From Promethearchaeota archaeon (GTDB taxonomy: Archaea; Asgardarchaeota; Lokiarchaeia; Sigyniarchaeales; SOKP01), in contig JBHLNS010000008.1 in the NCBI GenBank assembly GCA_048941285.1, positions 1 through 64,000 of the forward strand: DNA of 64,000 nt. Direction: 5' to 3'. Position 1 is the first letter of the stretch; each line of letters opens with the position of its first letter. Under the pieces are notes generated by a model. The model was not told the DNA's origin, did not search any database, and was given only the letters and a program-made list of their open reading frames with translations. Shown here in pieces: positions 1 to 10,687 of the stretch. Both the position numbers and the translations under genes were made by a program.

Positions 1-2
1 TT

Positions 3-518
3 AAACCGAAAAAATTATTACCAAAAAAGCAAGCTAAAATTGAGGATTCATTATTTTTCTTTACTGAAAAACCAAAAGTAGGTACTGAAGAGTTAGTTGA
101 TGAAGAACCCGTAGTACTTCTTATTATAAAAGTCGGTGGTATTCTCAGTTTTTCTTACTCTTTTGTTGAAGAGTGGGAACGGAACAATGATATGTTAGGG
201 AGTTTTATGTCTGCCTTTAGTTCCTTCAGTGATGAGTTTTTTTCTGAAGAGTTTGATCGCGCTAAATTTGGTAAATATACAGTGCTAATGGAAGCCATCC
301 CAAATTTTTCAGTATGCTATTTATTCAAAGGTCAAACCTACCTCGCCTCCCAAAAATTATCGAAATTTACAGAGCAGATTCAAAAAAGTTCACTTATATG
401 GCAAACTTTAAAAAAATATTCTAAGACAAATCAATTTTTGGAATTAAAAGATTGTCCCTCCCTTAAACCGCTTATAATTAAAATTTTTAAAGAAAATAGT
501 ATTGAATTGAATGTTTAA
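3..518 (+). CDS. C-terminal part of a protein with a longin-like domain (5'-truncated by window edge or start uncertain)
   Basis: Frame is open from position 3 (…EEPVVLLIIKVGGILSFSYSF…MLGSFMSAFSSFSDEFFSEEFDRAKFGKYTVLM), resembling the longin-like C-terminus of Lokiarchaeal TPR proteins. Confidence 0.55.
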   Translation, partial: KPKKLLPKKQAKIEDSLFFFTEKPKVGTEELVDEEPVVLLIIKVGGILSFSYSFVEEWERNNDMLGSFMSAFSSFSDEFFSEEFDRAKFGKYTVLMEAIPNFSVCYLFKGQTYLASQKLSKFTEQIQKSSLIWQTLKKYSKTNQFLELKDCPSLKPLIIKIFKENSIELNV

Positions 519-821
519 CTTTTTGAGGATAACTTTTTATGAATTTCTAACCGAGATTTATTAAAATTAAGTCTTTTTCTACTTTTTAACCTGACAAAAG
601 GCTTTTAAGGAAACACTGCTTCATTTTTTTTTTATCTGAGGTTAATTTTATGAAAAAAGATGTCTGATCCAGTACTAGAAGAAGTTATTTCATTTTATAT
701 TTATAATAATCTTTAAAACATTGATTTTTAATATGTTAAATCTTAGAGAAAGATTTTAAATGTAGGAACAATATCTTTACTAATCAAATTCAATTTGACC
801 TAAAAATAAGGATGATATAAA

Positions 822-2102
822 TTGAAATTAACAGATATTATTGGTTTAGAAGTAAAACATGCCCAACTTTTAGAGAAAGAAGGAATTTCTAGCACTGAAG
901 ATTTAATTCCGCTTACGTATAATCAGATTAGTAAACTCGCAAGAAAAATCGGTGTTGCAGTTAAAACGCTTGATACTTGGCAAGAACACGCAGAATTAAT
1001 GCAGATTCAGGGTGTAGGACCTGAAATTGCAAATGCATTAAACCTTATAGGTATCGATTCTGTAAAGGAATTTGCCTATAGAAATCCAAAAAGCACCTTA
1101 GAAAAACTAAAACAATTAAAAAATGATAATCCAAAAGCTCTTACAAAAATTCCTGCCCAAAAAGATGTTGAAGCTTGGATTAAAGTAGCTAAAGATCTTT
1201 CAGGAGCTTCAAAGAAAAAACCATCCAAAAAACCAGTAAAAAAAGAAGAACCTAAACCATCACCTATACCTAAAATTGATTATGTCCCTATTGAAGAATT
1301 CAAGGGGGATTATGGAGAATACGGTGCAAAGTATTGGAATTCTAAATGGGAAACGGCACCTATCATCTACACTGGAAGAGCACTAAGAGCAGAAGATTAC
1401 AAGAAACAAATTGACGTAGATGTCAAGGCATTTATTAAAAAGAACGATGCGATTCTCTGGCATGTTGTAACACAGGTAGGGTTACGGAAAGGAACTCCCA
1501 ATGAAACAGCGTTAGCGATCCAAAATTTCGTTTGTAATTTCTTAAAATATAAATACGATGATTTAACAGCAGAAGTTCCTGAGTTCTGGTTAATGCCTTG
1601 GGAATCGATACAGGCAGAGATAGGAGACTGTGAAGATGGTGCAATCTTAATAGCTGCACTATTAATAAATGCAGGCATCCCTAGTTGGCGTGTAAAAGTG
1701 GCAGCAGCAGAAGTAATAGCAGATCCTGTGTTTGCTCCATCAGAAACAGATGTGGGTGGTCATGCGTATTGTTTATATCTAGCAGATCGTTCTGATTCTG
1801 ATAGAAAATTGGAGTGGGTGATACTTGACTGGTGTTATTTGCAGGATCCAGAAATCCCTATTGAAAAAAAACCTCTAGCTAGAGATGGAGGTCAAGAAGG
1901 AGCTTATAAAGATGTTCTTTTTACGTTTAATGATGAGTTTAGTTGGGCACAAACCGCACTAGAAGTGAAAGAAGGAAGGATAAGCAACAATAGAACAACT
2001 TCTAAAGAAGAAATAATTGCACCCCTAGAGGATATCCTTAAACATTTAGCAGACGAAGAATTAAAAAAAATATTCAAAAAATATGGTATTATAATTGAAT
2101 AA
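822..2102 (+). CDS. DUF4332 (helix-hairpin-helix) domain fused to a transglutaminase-like cysteine protease domain
   Basis: N-terminal HhH-like motifs (IIGLEVK, IQGVGPEIANAL), Lys/Pro linker, GDCEDGA…GGHAY…VILDW Cys-His-Asp triad; TTG start after GGATGA-N6. Confidence 0.75.
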   Translation: MKLTDIIGLEVKHAQLLEKEGISSTEDLIPLTYNQISKLARKIGVAVKTLDTWQEHAELMQIQGVGPEIANALNLIGIDSVKEFAYRNPKSTLEKLKQLKNDNPKALTKIPAQKDVEAWIKVAKDLSGASKKKPSKKPVKKEEPKPSPIPKIDYVPIEEFKGDYGEYGAKYWNSKWETAPIIYTGRALRAEDYKKQIDVDVKAFIKKNDAILWHVVTQVGLRKGTPNETALAIQNFVCNFLKYKYDDLTAEVPEFWLMPWESIQAEIGDCEDGAILIAALLINAGIPSWRVKVAAAEVIADPVFAPSETDVGGHAYCLYLADRSDSDRKLEWVILDWCYLQDPEIPIEKKPLARDGGQEGAYKDVLFTFNDEFSWAQTALEVKEGRISNNRTTSKEEIIAPLEDILKHLADEELKKIFKKYGIIIE

Positions 2103-2130
2103 TATCTCATAAAATATTTTTTCTTAGTCT

Positions 2131-2757
2131 CTACTTTTTTTCAATTTCATCAAATAGAGATGCGCCACAGTTAGGGCAATATGCAACTTCTCGACCTATT
2201 TCAGAACCACACTCACCACACATTGTTTTAAATTCGAGAGTTGGCGGTATATTCTGCATTACGTTTTTAAATGTTTCATTTAGAGCATTCTGTATTTCCG
2301 AAATTTTTTTGATCTGATCTTTATTAGGAAATGAGCGTATGAAAATTGAAGAGAGCTCAACTAAAAAATTCTCCACAAACTTAAGTTGATCATAATAATT
2401 TTTACTAACCTTAAATTTTAAGAGCTCTTCGCCTGCTTCAGTTAAAGAATATACTTTTTTTATTGGTCCTATTGGACTTTTTACTTCTTGCGCTTTTAAA
2501 AAGCCATCTTTTTCTAATTTTCTTAATATGGGATAAATTGTACCAGATTGTGCTTCCCATGTGCCAGCAAAACTTCTATTCAAATTCTTTATTAAATCAT
2601 ATCCTGAAAGCTGTTGACTATTGAAAATTGTTTCAATTATTGTAAATTCTAGAGGTGTAAGTTTACTTTTTTGAAGGCTATTAAGCAGTTCTTTTTTAAT
2701 TATAGAACCCAATTCTTCAATATCATCTTCAAGATTCAAAAATTTACCTAACCACAT
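2131..2757 (-). CDS. PadR-family transcriptional regulator with C-terminal zinc ribbon
   Basis: SGYDLIK…SGTIYPILRKLEKDG…KVYSLTEAG; CGECG…CPNCG. Confidence 0.85.
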   Translation of the reverse strand: MWLGKFLNLEDDIEELGSIIKKELLNSLQKSKLTPLEFTIIETIFNSQQLSGYDLIKNLNRSFAGTWEAQSGTIYPILRKLEKDGFLKAQEVKSPIGPIKKVYSLTEAGEELLKFKVSKNYYDQLKFVENFLVELSSIFIRSFPNKDQIKKISEIQNALNETFKNVMQNIPPTLEFKTMCGECGSEIGREVAYCPNCGASLFDEIEKK

Positions 2758-2769
2758 TATAGTAATATC

Positions 2770-3282
2770 CTAACTTGCTTTTTCCCTTTTTTTTCTCATT
2801 TTTTCTAATTCTTTTTCAATAGCACGTTCCTTTCTTGATTTAAATTTACCACCTTCTTCTGCTTTTCCACTGAGATACTGAATATAAAAAATGATATGTA
2901 ATAAAACTGCTGCCCCCCAAAAAATTGCGGGGAAAATTACCCAAAAATACATTGGAAATGTAAGAAAGTTAACGATAAAGAGGAAAAGCATAACAAAAAT
3001 AAAAGAATTTAAGTGATATATTACTCCACGTTTAGCCATTGGATAAACACCTCTAGCGTACAAAACATAGGCTAAGATATGCATATTAACTCCTATTAAC
3101 CATGAGAAAAGGGGGAAAAAAAACCAATAAAGCCCTGGTGTAAAGAAAAAATTTACTAAAAAGAGTAAAATATTGACCAGAATAAAAACTGCTACATGGA
3201 TTTTCACGGAAAACCTAAAACTTACTTTTTGTGCGGCTATTTTTCTCAAACTTTCTTCTGAAAATGCATTATTTTCATTCAT
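2770..3282 (-). CDS. Membrane protein with tandem 2TM-type domains
   Basis: Two repeats of H-x-xx-FI…N…YWFFFP…W-x-I/A…H, charged C-terminus. Confidence 0.7.
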   Translation of the reverse strand: MNENNAFSEESLRKIAAQKVSFRFSVKIHVAVFILVNILLFLVNFFFTPGLYWFFFPLFSWLIGVNMHILAYVLYARGVYPMAKRGVIYHLNSFIFVMLFLFIVNFLTFPMYFWVIFPAIFWGAAVLLHIIFYIQYLSGKAEEGGKFKSRKERAIEKELEKMRKKREKAS

Positions 3283-3636
3283 AATTTAATCCAATATTTG
3301 GAATATCTAAAATTTATCGGCTATAGATGTTTTAAATAAATTCCAATATATAAAGTTTTGTTGATTCTACATAGTAATTTTACAAATAAGTAGATTATCC
3401 TTAAAAACTTTAAAATTGGACCGTTGGCTAATGCATAATCTCGAATTTTTCATGAAAGATACACTACTCATTCTAAAATTCTGTAATAGCATCAATAACT
3501 CTTATTTCTTTATATTAATACTAATTATATTCGGAAGAATAAAATCAAACAAGATGATTAAGAGTAGCAAAAAGTATAAATATCAATTTGTGTGATTAAT
3601 ATAAATTCTGCCCCATATTTTTCCAATACCTTAAGC

Positions 3637-4290
3637 ATGTCAACATTATCAGAATACCTTGAAAAGTTAGAAGCATGGGATAAAAAAACTTTTCTTACGA
3701 TTTATAAAAGTGGTTTTAGCAGAAGATCTAAAAAGTTTGCTATTATTTATAGCTTTCTTGGGTCTTTATATTTCTGGGGTCTTGTTTGGGTAATTTGGTT
3801 TATTTATGGGTACATTACAAAGGATTATTATCTATTAGTGCTCTTTACTGGGGGTTTTGAACAAAGCATTATTATACATAGTATTATTCGATATAGAATT
3901 ATTAGAAGGAATCGCCCATTTATCACCCTTCAAAAGGAAGGTGTGAAAAGACATGATGATTTTATAAAAATACCTTATATAATGAAAGAATCAGAAAAGC
4001 AATCATTCCCTTCTGGACATGTGACATTTCTACTATTTTTTGGTTTTATTTTTGCATTTTATTTTTCAGAATTTTTCTGGATTATCCTATCAGTATTTAT
4101 TGTTTTAGATATTATTATGGCGATTTCTAGATTAATATTAGGGGTGCATTTCCCCATTGACGTAATTTTTGGCTTTGTTTTTGGATTTTTATATGCCCTA
4201 TTATATCTTGGATTTACTTATGAATATTGGGTTATGTTTTATTATTGGTTAGGAGAAACTTTCTCTCCTATAATTCATTTTTGGTTATAA
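3637..4290 (+). CDS. PAP2-family membrane phosphatase
   Basis: RRNRP…SFPSGH…SRLILGVHFPIDV motifs; ATG at 3637 preferred over GTG 3592. Confidence 0.9.
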   Translation: MSTLSEYLEKLEAWDKKTFLTIYKSGFSRRSKKFAIIYSFLGSLYFWGLVWVIWFIYGYITKDYYLLVLFTGGFEQSIIIHSIIRYRIIRRNRPFITLQKEGVKRHDDFIKIPYIMKESEKQSFPSGHVTFLLFFGFIFAFYFSEFFWIILSVFIVLDIIMAISRLILGVHFPIDVIFGFVFGFLYALLYLGFTYEYWVMFYYWLGETFSPIIHFWL

Positions 4291-4331
4291 TTCTAAAATT
4301 ATTTTAATTTTACTTTTCTTTAACTATCATC

Positions 4332-5774
4332 ATGAATATGATTGATAGTCCAGAAAAACCTAAAACTGGATTTCTTTTATTAATAAAGAGGCTTTGGCCT
4401 AACTTTCTTATCTATAATTCTTATGCTTTTACTGTAGCTACTATATATATTAATATTCTTCTAGTAGCGAGAATTATGTGGCCTATTCCTAACGCATTTG
4501 CAGAACATTCTGGAGAGTTAGGGATCTTAACTGGAACTTCAACATATTTAATAGCTATCTCGGGGATTTTATTTGGTACTTTAGCTGATAAATATTCTAG
4601 GATAAAGTTAATGGTATTAGTTGAACTAATATATGGTATTGGTTTGCTTTTTAATGGATTTGTTCCAGAACATCAAGGTCTAATAACCTTTTATTATTTC
4701 TTAATCTTTAGCTTAGTAAGAGGATTTGCGAATGGAGGTTTGTGGCCCCTTATTACTTCTCATGTTAACGATTCTACGGAGGATCAAGAACGATCTCAAT
4801 TTTTTGGTGCTATACAAGGTTTATTTCAAGTATTTCAGATCATTGGCATGTTAGTTTCTGCAATATCCTTTCAAACGAATCTTTGGCGATATTATTTTAT
4901 ATTTGTGGGAATTATAGCATTGATTCTTGGATTTGTAATAATGATAAAAGGAAAAGAACCTAAAAGAGGGGCAATGCGTAAAGAATTAAAGGAAGTTCTT
5001 TCAAATGAGAATGTTATTTATGAATATAAGTTGACTAAAGAAACAATACAATCTACAATCTTCTCTCCGACTAATTTAATAGCTTTTTTTGAAGGTGTGT
5101 TTACCACAATTTTAATAGCTGTACCTGATTTTTTACTTGTGGCATATTTACAGTCTCCTCCTTTTAATATTTCTCCTTTTAATTTATCTCTTTTTCTGAT
5201 AATCTTTGGATTACCAGGAGGATTTATTGGTTCATTAGGTTTTGCAAAAATATCCGATAAATTAGGTAAGAAAAATATTAAATACCGAGTCTTTATGATT
5301 GTCTTATCAGCTTTTATAGTTTTTACTGGATTTATTTTTTTCTTTATACTACCAATTCCAAATATGACTGTTGAACAAGGGAATAACTTCTTGTTTATCC
5401 TCTCGATTCCAACTTTTTGGATATTGGGGGTTATAATGTTTATTGGTCGCTCTTTTGTTGGTCTTTGGAATATAAATCAACCTCCTATACTGCAGGAAAT
5501 AAATTTACCTGAAGCTCAAGGAAAAATTTCATCAGCGAACCAATTTTTAGAAGCTATTGGCAGTGGTACAGGCCCAATACTAGCAGGATTTGTCTTAATG
5601 GCATTTAATCAAAATTTCCAGATTACAGTTTTTTTAACATTAGTTTTAGGTATAATAGGTGCTCTTTTATGGTTACTCGCTACTAAATGGATAAATAGTG
5701 ATGTAAATCGTGTTTCTGATATTTTAAAACAACGAGAAGGAGAGTTGAAACGTAATACAGAAATAAAAAAGTAA
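4332..5774 (+). CDS. MFS transporter
   Basis: GTLADKYSR motif A, ~12 hydrophobic segments. Confidence 0.9.
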   Translation: MNMIDSPEKPKTGFLLLIKRLWPNFLIYNSYAFTVATIYINILLVARIMWPIPNAFAEHSGELGILTGTSTYLIAISGILFGTLADKYSRIKLMVLVELIYGIGLLFNGFVPEHQGLITFYYFLIFSLVRGFANGGLWPLITSHVNDSTEDQERSQFFGAIQGLFQVFQIIGMLVSAISFQTNLWRYYFIFVGIIALILGFVIMIKGKEPKRGAMRKELKEVLSNENVIYEYKLTKETIQSTIFSPTNLIAFFEGVFTTILIAVPDFLLVAYLQSPPFNISPFNLSLFLIIFGLPGGFIGSLGFAKISDKLGKKNIKYRVFMIVLSAFIVFTGFIFFFILPIPNMTVEQGNNFLFILSIPTFWILGVIMFIGRSFVGLWNINQPPILQEINLPEAQGKISSANQFLEAIGSGTGPILAGFVLMAFNQNFQITVFLTLVLGIIGALLWLLATKWINSDVNRVSDILKQREGELKRNTEIKK

Positions 5775-5837
5775 AATCTAACAGAACTGCATTTTCAAAA
5801 ATTTTTTTTTCTTTTAATTTTTTAACAAATTAACATA

Positions 5838-7166
5838 ATGAGTTCACGTATAAGAATTAGGAAAAAACAATTATTACCAGACCATCACAAATTTACTTCA
5901 GATTTCAACTCAGTTATTTTTATTGTGGTGTGGAATTCTCTCGGGTTTTTTTTTATTGAATATATAATGAATTACTATATTTATTTCGTATTAGGATATC
6001 CTACTCCTTATGTAGGATTATTTTATTCAGCTATCACATTTGGGGGGCTAATTAGTTCAAGTTTCATTGGATATTTAACGGATCGTTTTTCGAAGCGAAT
6101 TTTAGTTATGATAGGGGCTTTTGGAAGAGGTTTGTCATATTTTGTGCTCTATGTTTCTATAATTTCGCAATCATTGATAGGAATATATATAAGTGCGTTT
6201 CTTTTAGGGGTAGGTGCTCAGATTTTTTGGAATCCATTAGATACTATAATTTCTGAAAAATCTTCAAAATATCACCGATCAACTGCTTTTGGAAGAAGAA
6301 GACTTGCTTTAGGAATTGGTATGGTCCTTGGTACGATTATAGGGTTTACAACTTTTAGTATATCGAATTTCTTTGCACCTAATAACTCTTTTTTGATATA
6401 TATTGCAATTCCTCTTTTTGGGATCTCAAATTTTTATGCAGGAATTCAATTTTCAAGGAAAGTAGATGAAAATAAAAAGTTTGAATATCCAAACCTTGAA
6501 AATGATGATATTCAAGAAAATGAATCAAAAGACTCTGAAAAATCATTGAAAAAATTCCTAAGTAAGATATATTTTTTAGGAATTATAATATTATTTTCTG
6601 GGTTTTTTTTAACTGCGATTAATACTGGATTTTATAGACCCTTTATTCAAAACTATGTGCTGGATGAAATAGATCCTAATGTACAATTAGTTGTATGGTT
6701 TTATTTGCCTACTGCTTTACTTGGGGCGCTAATTGCTCCGAGATTAGGGACTTTAGCAGATAAACTAAATCCATATCTAATGGTTGCGATATCAAGTTTT
6801 TTTGGAGGATTGGTCACATGGCTTATTATTAATTCGGGTAATTTATGGATTTTTTCTATTTTACTTATTATTGATAATACGATAATGTTAACTGTTAGTT
6901 TTGTATTCATAAACTTCCTCAGTCGTGTTTCAATTAAGCATCGAGGAAAGATTTTTGGAATGATTACTCTTTTTGATTCAATAGGAATGATAATAGGTCC
7001 TTTTCTGGGTGGAATGGTGTATTTGAATATAAGTCATCAGGCACCTTTTATCATTTCAATTATTGTTGAATGGTCATTAATTTCTTTTTTTATTATAGGA
7101 ATGAAGCTCCTTAATCCCTATCTTGTGGAGCCAATTGAAGTCAAAAAAATGCGGAAGAAAAAATAA
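5838..7166 (+). CDS. MFS transporter
   Basis: GYLTDRFSKR and GTLADKL motifs, ~12 TM segments. Confidence 0.9.
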   Translation: MSSRIRIRKKQLLPDHHKFTSDFNSVIFIVVWNSLGFFFIEYIMNYYIYFVLGYPTPYVGLFYSAITFGGLISSSFIGYLTDRFSKRILVMIGAFGRGLSYFVLYVSIISQSLIGIYISAFLLGVGAQIFWNPLDTIISEKSSKYHRSTAFGRRRLALGIGMVLGTIIGFTTFSISNFFAPNNSFLIYIAIPLFGISNFYAGIQFSRKVDENKKFEYPNLENDDIQENESKDSEKSLKKFLSKIYFLGIIILFSGFFLTAINTGFYRPFIQNYVLDEIDPNVQLVVWFYLPTALLGALIAPRLGTLADKLNPYLMVAISSFFGGLVTWLIINSGNLWIFSILLIIDNTIMLTVSFVFINFLSRVSIKHRGKIFGMITLFDSIGMIIGPFLGGMVYLNISHQAPFIISIIVEWSLISFFIIGMKLLNPYLVEPIEVKKMRKKK

Positions 7167-7187
7167 AATTAGAACTTCAATCAATAA

Positions 7188-7724
7188 TTAATACCAATCT
7201 ATAAATTCATCTAAGGGACGTCGTTTTCGTTCTTTCTCACTTGCTTTTTCACGAGCCTCATCTACAACCCCAATTGCGATAACACCCATTAATTCGAATT
7301 TATCGTTGGAAAATTTAAATATTTCATTAACACTCTCCTTTCGGTCAAGAATTTCACCAATCCATACAGCCCCTAAATCTTCTTGGGCGTGAACTCCTAG
7401 TAAAATGTTTTCTATGAATGCCCCAATTGCTTGAACATCTTTTACTCTACTATAGCCCCTCTCAAGATCCAAAAATATTACTAAATTAACATAAGCGTCT
7501 TCGATAATCCCTCCATATTTAGAGAGTTCAGAAAGCATTCTTTTAACGGTAGGATGGATAACAATACAAACTCTCCATGGTTGGCTATTTTCTCCAGAAG
7601 GTGCCCATCTAGCACATTCCAAAATTTTTAATATCGTTTCTTTACCAATTTTTTGATAAATAAAATTTCTAGAACTTTTCCGCTTTTTAATGAATTCTAT
7701 AAAATCATTTTTAATAAGATCCAT
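7188..7724 (-). CDS. Nitroreductase family protein
   Basis: IKKRKSSRNF…ARWAPSGENSQPW…LGAVWIG. Confidence 0.9.
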   Translation of the reverse strand: MDLIKNDFIEFIKKRKSSRNFIYQKIGKETILKILECARWAPSGENSQPWRVCIVIHPTVKRMLSELSKYGGIIEDAYVNLVIFLDLERGYSRVKDVQAIGAFIENILLGVHAQEDLGAVWIGEILDRKESVNEIFKFSNDKFELMGVIAIGVVDEAREKASEKERKRRPLDEFIDWY

Positions 7725-7897
7725 ATTTTAACCATATTTTAACTATTGTTAAATACTTTTCCCAACTCACAATGATTCCGAATATCATGGGGATATTCAT
7801 CACGATATTTCTTCTATTTATGTTCATTAGAAATTATTATAAGTCTGTGTATTAAGTTACAAGAGTCTTTTTAAATACAAATTTTAAGGTTATTTTT

Positions 7898-8242
7898 ATG
7901 GGTAGATTATGGGGAAAAAAAGAAGATAATGAACTTTTAGGTTCACCACAGGAAACAATGGGATTTTCAAAGGAGTATTCTTCATTGCTCCATAATTTTA
8001 TTATACGAAAATATGACTTTACTAATCTTAATCAACTAGAAGATATAAAAAATCAATTATTAAAAAGGAAAATTTTAATTATAAATACCAAAGAAATCCT
8101 TGAATATGCTGATGTCACAGAACTTAAAAGAACTATTGAAGATTTAAAGTCTTTCCTAAGAGAAAATGGGGGTAGTATGGGTAGACTAGGAGATTATTAT
8201 TTAATTGTTACTCCTAATATGCATGTGAAAATAGCTAATTGA
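7898..8242 (+). CDS. sepF: Archaeal cell division protein SepF (DUF552-like)
   Basis: 114 aa; KILIIN…ELKRTIEDLK…GGSMGRLGDYYLIVTPNMHVKI matches the archaeal SepF core pattern. Confidence 0.7.
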   Translation: MGRLWGKKEDNELLGSPQETMGFSKEYSSLLHNFIIRKYDFTNLNQLEDIKNQLLKRKILIINTKEILEYADVTELKRTIEDLKSFLRENGGSMGRLGDYYLIVTPNMHVKIAN

Positions 8243-8246
8243 ATCT

Positions 8247-9506
8247 TTATCTTTTTTTTCTTTCTCGAAGAATTTCGATAAAACTTTCAATTTGATTGAG
8301 AACTTGAGTTTCATTCATCTTTCGAGGATCATTCATATCGCTAGTAATAACAAGTGAAGGAATATCAGCCTCTTCCATTAATTTTCGTTTCAAATCATAC
8401 ATTCCGCATGCATTTGGGCGACAAGAAAGGTTATCATGCAATATAACACCATCGATTTTCCAATCTTTCACTGTTTCTTTAAACATTCTTACCCGTGTCT
8501 CTAAATCATATATATACCAGAAACTCAGAACTAATTCCGCCATTGTTTCTACAGGATTTTTCAAAACATCATTTTTCGTAATATTTGGATTAGTATATTT
8601 AGTGAATGCATATACATAAGGTTCATACACGATAATAGCATTCCATCGCTCTAAATTCGAGAAAAATTTTAAGTTATACCAAAAAGGTATCCCTTCAAAC
8701 ATTAATCTATATTCTTCATGTTCTAATGCTCCAATTCCGTTATTTACTCGATCTTTTGCTTCTTTATACATACGTTTATATAATTTAATAGGAGATCTTA
8801 ATCCTGTCATGGTGAATAATGGAAAAAGACCGCCAAATGTATCTCTAGTCGAAACAGGACAAGGGATATTCTTTCTTAACTCAAAAACATCTTGCCATAC
8901 TTTTCCTAATTCATAAGAATTTAAAGCAACTTCCTTACCTTTTTCAGGATCATATTCATGACCAGTTACCTCAGTTATGAAATCTAATAATTCCCAGAGT
9001 TGTTCAATTATATATTTCTTAAAATATTCCCGTTGTCTATTAGTAGTATTACTTACAACATGAGGAACATCTATAGTAAAATGAGGTACATTGAATCTTT
9101 CTGCTTGTACTTGAAACCAATTAACATGTGTGTCACATATTACATCACTTGATAACATAAAAGTGGGTTTTCTTGTTCCACCAACACTCATATCAGCATT
9201 ACTTAAAACCGCACCAACATTAGTCTTAAAATATGAACAAAGATCATAAGAAAATCCTTCTGTTTCTGCTAATTCTATGAAATCTTGAGATTTTTTCAAG
9301 GCAGCTGAAATTGTTGCTGAATTTTCGGGTAACATTGGTTGCACGTTCATAGTATATAAAAATTCTACCGGAGTTCCCGCTGTAGCCCAAGCGGTAGGCT
9401 TACCATCTCTATAAGCTTGTTCAATTGCTAAAAAATGTCTTCCCATCTCATTCTTTAGTTTATTGGTGGCATTAAGCATCTTACCTGCTTTTTTAGTTAT
9501 TGACAT
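8247..9506 (-). CDS. 2-hydroxyacyl-CoA dehydratase / benzoyl-CoA reductase family subunit (HgdA/FldB/BzdO-like)
   Basis: PEN…DLCSY…ICD…IDGVILH…SCRP…SDMNDPR. Confidence 0.85.
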   Translation of the reverse strand: MSITKKAGKMLNATNKLKNEMGRHFLAIEQAYRDGKPTAWATAGTPVEFLYTMNVQPMLPENSATISAALKKSQDFIELAETEGFSYDLCSYFKTNVGAVLSNADMSVGGTRKPTFMLSSDVICDTHVNWFQVQAERFNVPHFTIDVPHVVSNTTNRQREYFKKYIIEQLWELLDFITEVTGHEYDPEKGKEVALNSYELGKVWQDVFELRKNIPCPVSTRDTFGGLFPLFTMTGLRSPIKLYKRMYKEAKDRVNNGIGALEHEEYRLMFEGIPFWYNLKFFSNLERWNAIIVYEPYVYAFTKYTNPNITKNDVLKNPVETMAELVLSFWYIYDLETRVRMFKETVKDWKIDGVILHDNLSCRPNACGMYDLKRKLMEEADIPSLVITSDMNDPRKMNETQVLNQIESFIEILRERKKR

Positions 9507-9518
9507 TTTTATCCTCTC

Positions 9519-10565
9519 TTAAATTATTTCTTTAAATGCTTCAAATCTAGTTTTTAATTGTTTATAAGATTCTCTATTGTATTCTATTTCAACAAATAGA
9601 TATGGAATTTCTAATTCTTTAAACTTTTTACTAAAATATGGATGGTCATATAAAATCGGTTCGCAAAATTTCTGAGCAATATTTATAACCCCACTAACGT
9701 TAATCTTTTTGGCTAAATCTTTTAAAGTTTCAAATCTTTTATAAGATGGAAATTTAGTAGAATATATAGGCTTATTCAAATGAAATTCAGCTAAAGCGTG
9801 GAGAGGTTCTTCAGTCTCATTGACATTATTCAAGAAATATTTAGTCCCTATACAGAGATCGTCAGTGATAATATGAAAACCAACATCCTCGAGAAATCTA
9901 ATGAATTCTGTATCATCTATTGCTGAACCTGTCAATAAAATTTTTTTTAAATTGTTATCTATTTGAGGTTTTTGTGTATTTAATTCTTTAAGTTTTGTTT
10001 CAAGCATTTCTAAAGCTTTATTTTTATCCATCTGTTGCACTTTCTTAATTAATCCGTGAAAATCAGAACCCTTTAAAATCATTTTCTCTCTAAAACTTGA
10101 AATTTCTCTTAACAAATCCCTTATTTTATTCATTTTTGTTATTGCTTCGCTGAGTTTACTAGGAGTTATATTTACTTGAAATTGTTGTTCCAATTGATTA
10201 ATTAACTCTTTCATATCATTAATAAAAAATTTTAAAGCGGTTTCATTACGTTTCAAAGGAGCATTCAGAAAGAATAAAAATGGCAAATTAACACACTCTA
10301 ACCAGATATCAAACTCTCTATTCGAACAATCACATCCATGAGTGCAAATCAAACCTTTTATATCATTGTTCATCCCATCAAGCGCTTGATCAAGAATATT
10401 CTTTGCCCAAACACAATGATTTGGAGGAATATGCTCATTTGCTTTTTCTATACTTCTAGTGGGATCTCCAAATAATCTATACGGAACCATACCGGCTGCA
10501 AGAATAATCTCTTCAGGTGTTTCAATCGCACTATCCCAGATTGCTATTTTTCTCATTTTTTTCAT
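9519..10565 (-). CDS. 2-hydroxyacyl-CoA dehydratase family subunit (HgdB/FldC/BzdN-like)
   Basis: PEEIILAAGMVPYRL…HGCD…DDLCIG…KFCEP…TRFEAF; upstream partner of 8247..9506. Confidence 0.85.
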   Translation of the reverse strand: MKKMRKIAIWDSAIETPEEIILAAGMVPYRLFGDPTRSIEKANEHIPPNHCVWAKNILDQALDGMNNDIKGLICTHGCDCSNREFDIWLECVNLPFLFFLNAPLKRNETALKFFINDMKELINQLEQQFQVNITPSKLSEAITKMNKIRDLLREISSFREKMILKGSDFHGLIKKVQQMDKNKALEMLETKLKELNTQKPQIDNNLKKILLTGSAIDDTEFIRFLEDVGFHIITDDLCIGTKYFLNNVNETEEPLHALAEFHLNKPIYSTKFPSYKRFETLKDLAKKINVSGVINIAQKFCEPILYDHPYFSKKFKELEIPYLFVEIEYNRESYKQLKTRFEAFKEII

Positions 10566-10687
10566 CTAAGTTAATTTAATATCCTATAAACCTATTGTTC
10601 TAAATCTTGAAATATTTAAAAAAATATTTATTTAATCCTTCTATTTAATCTTTATAATAGTAATAATTTTTGGATGATTTCGTTTCA

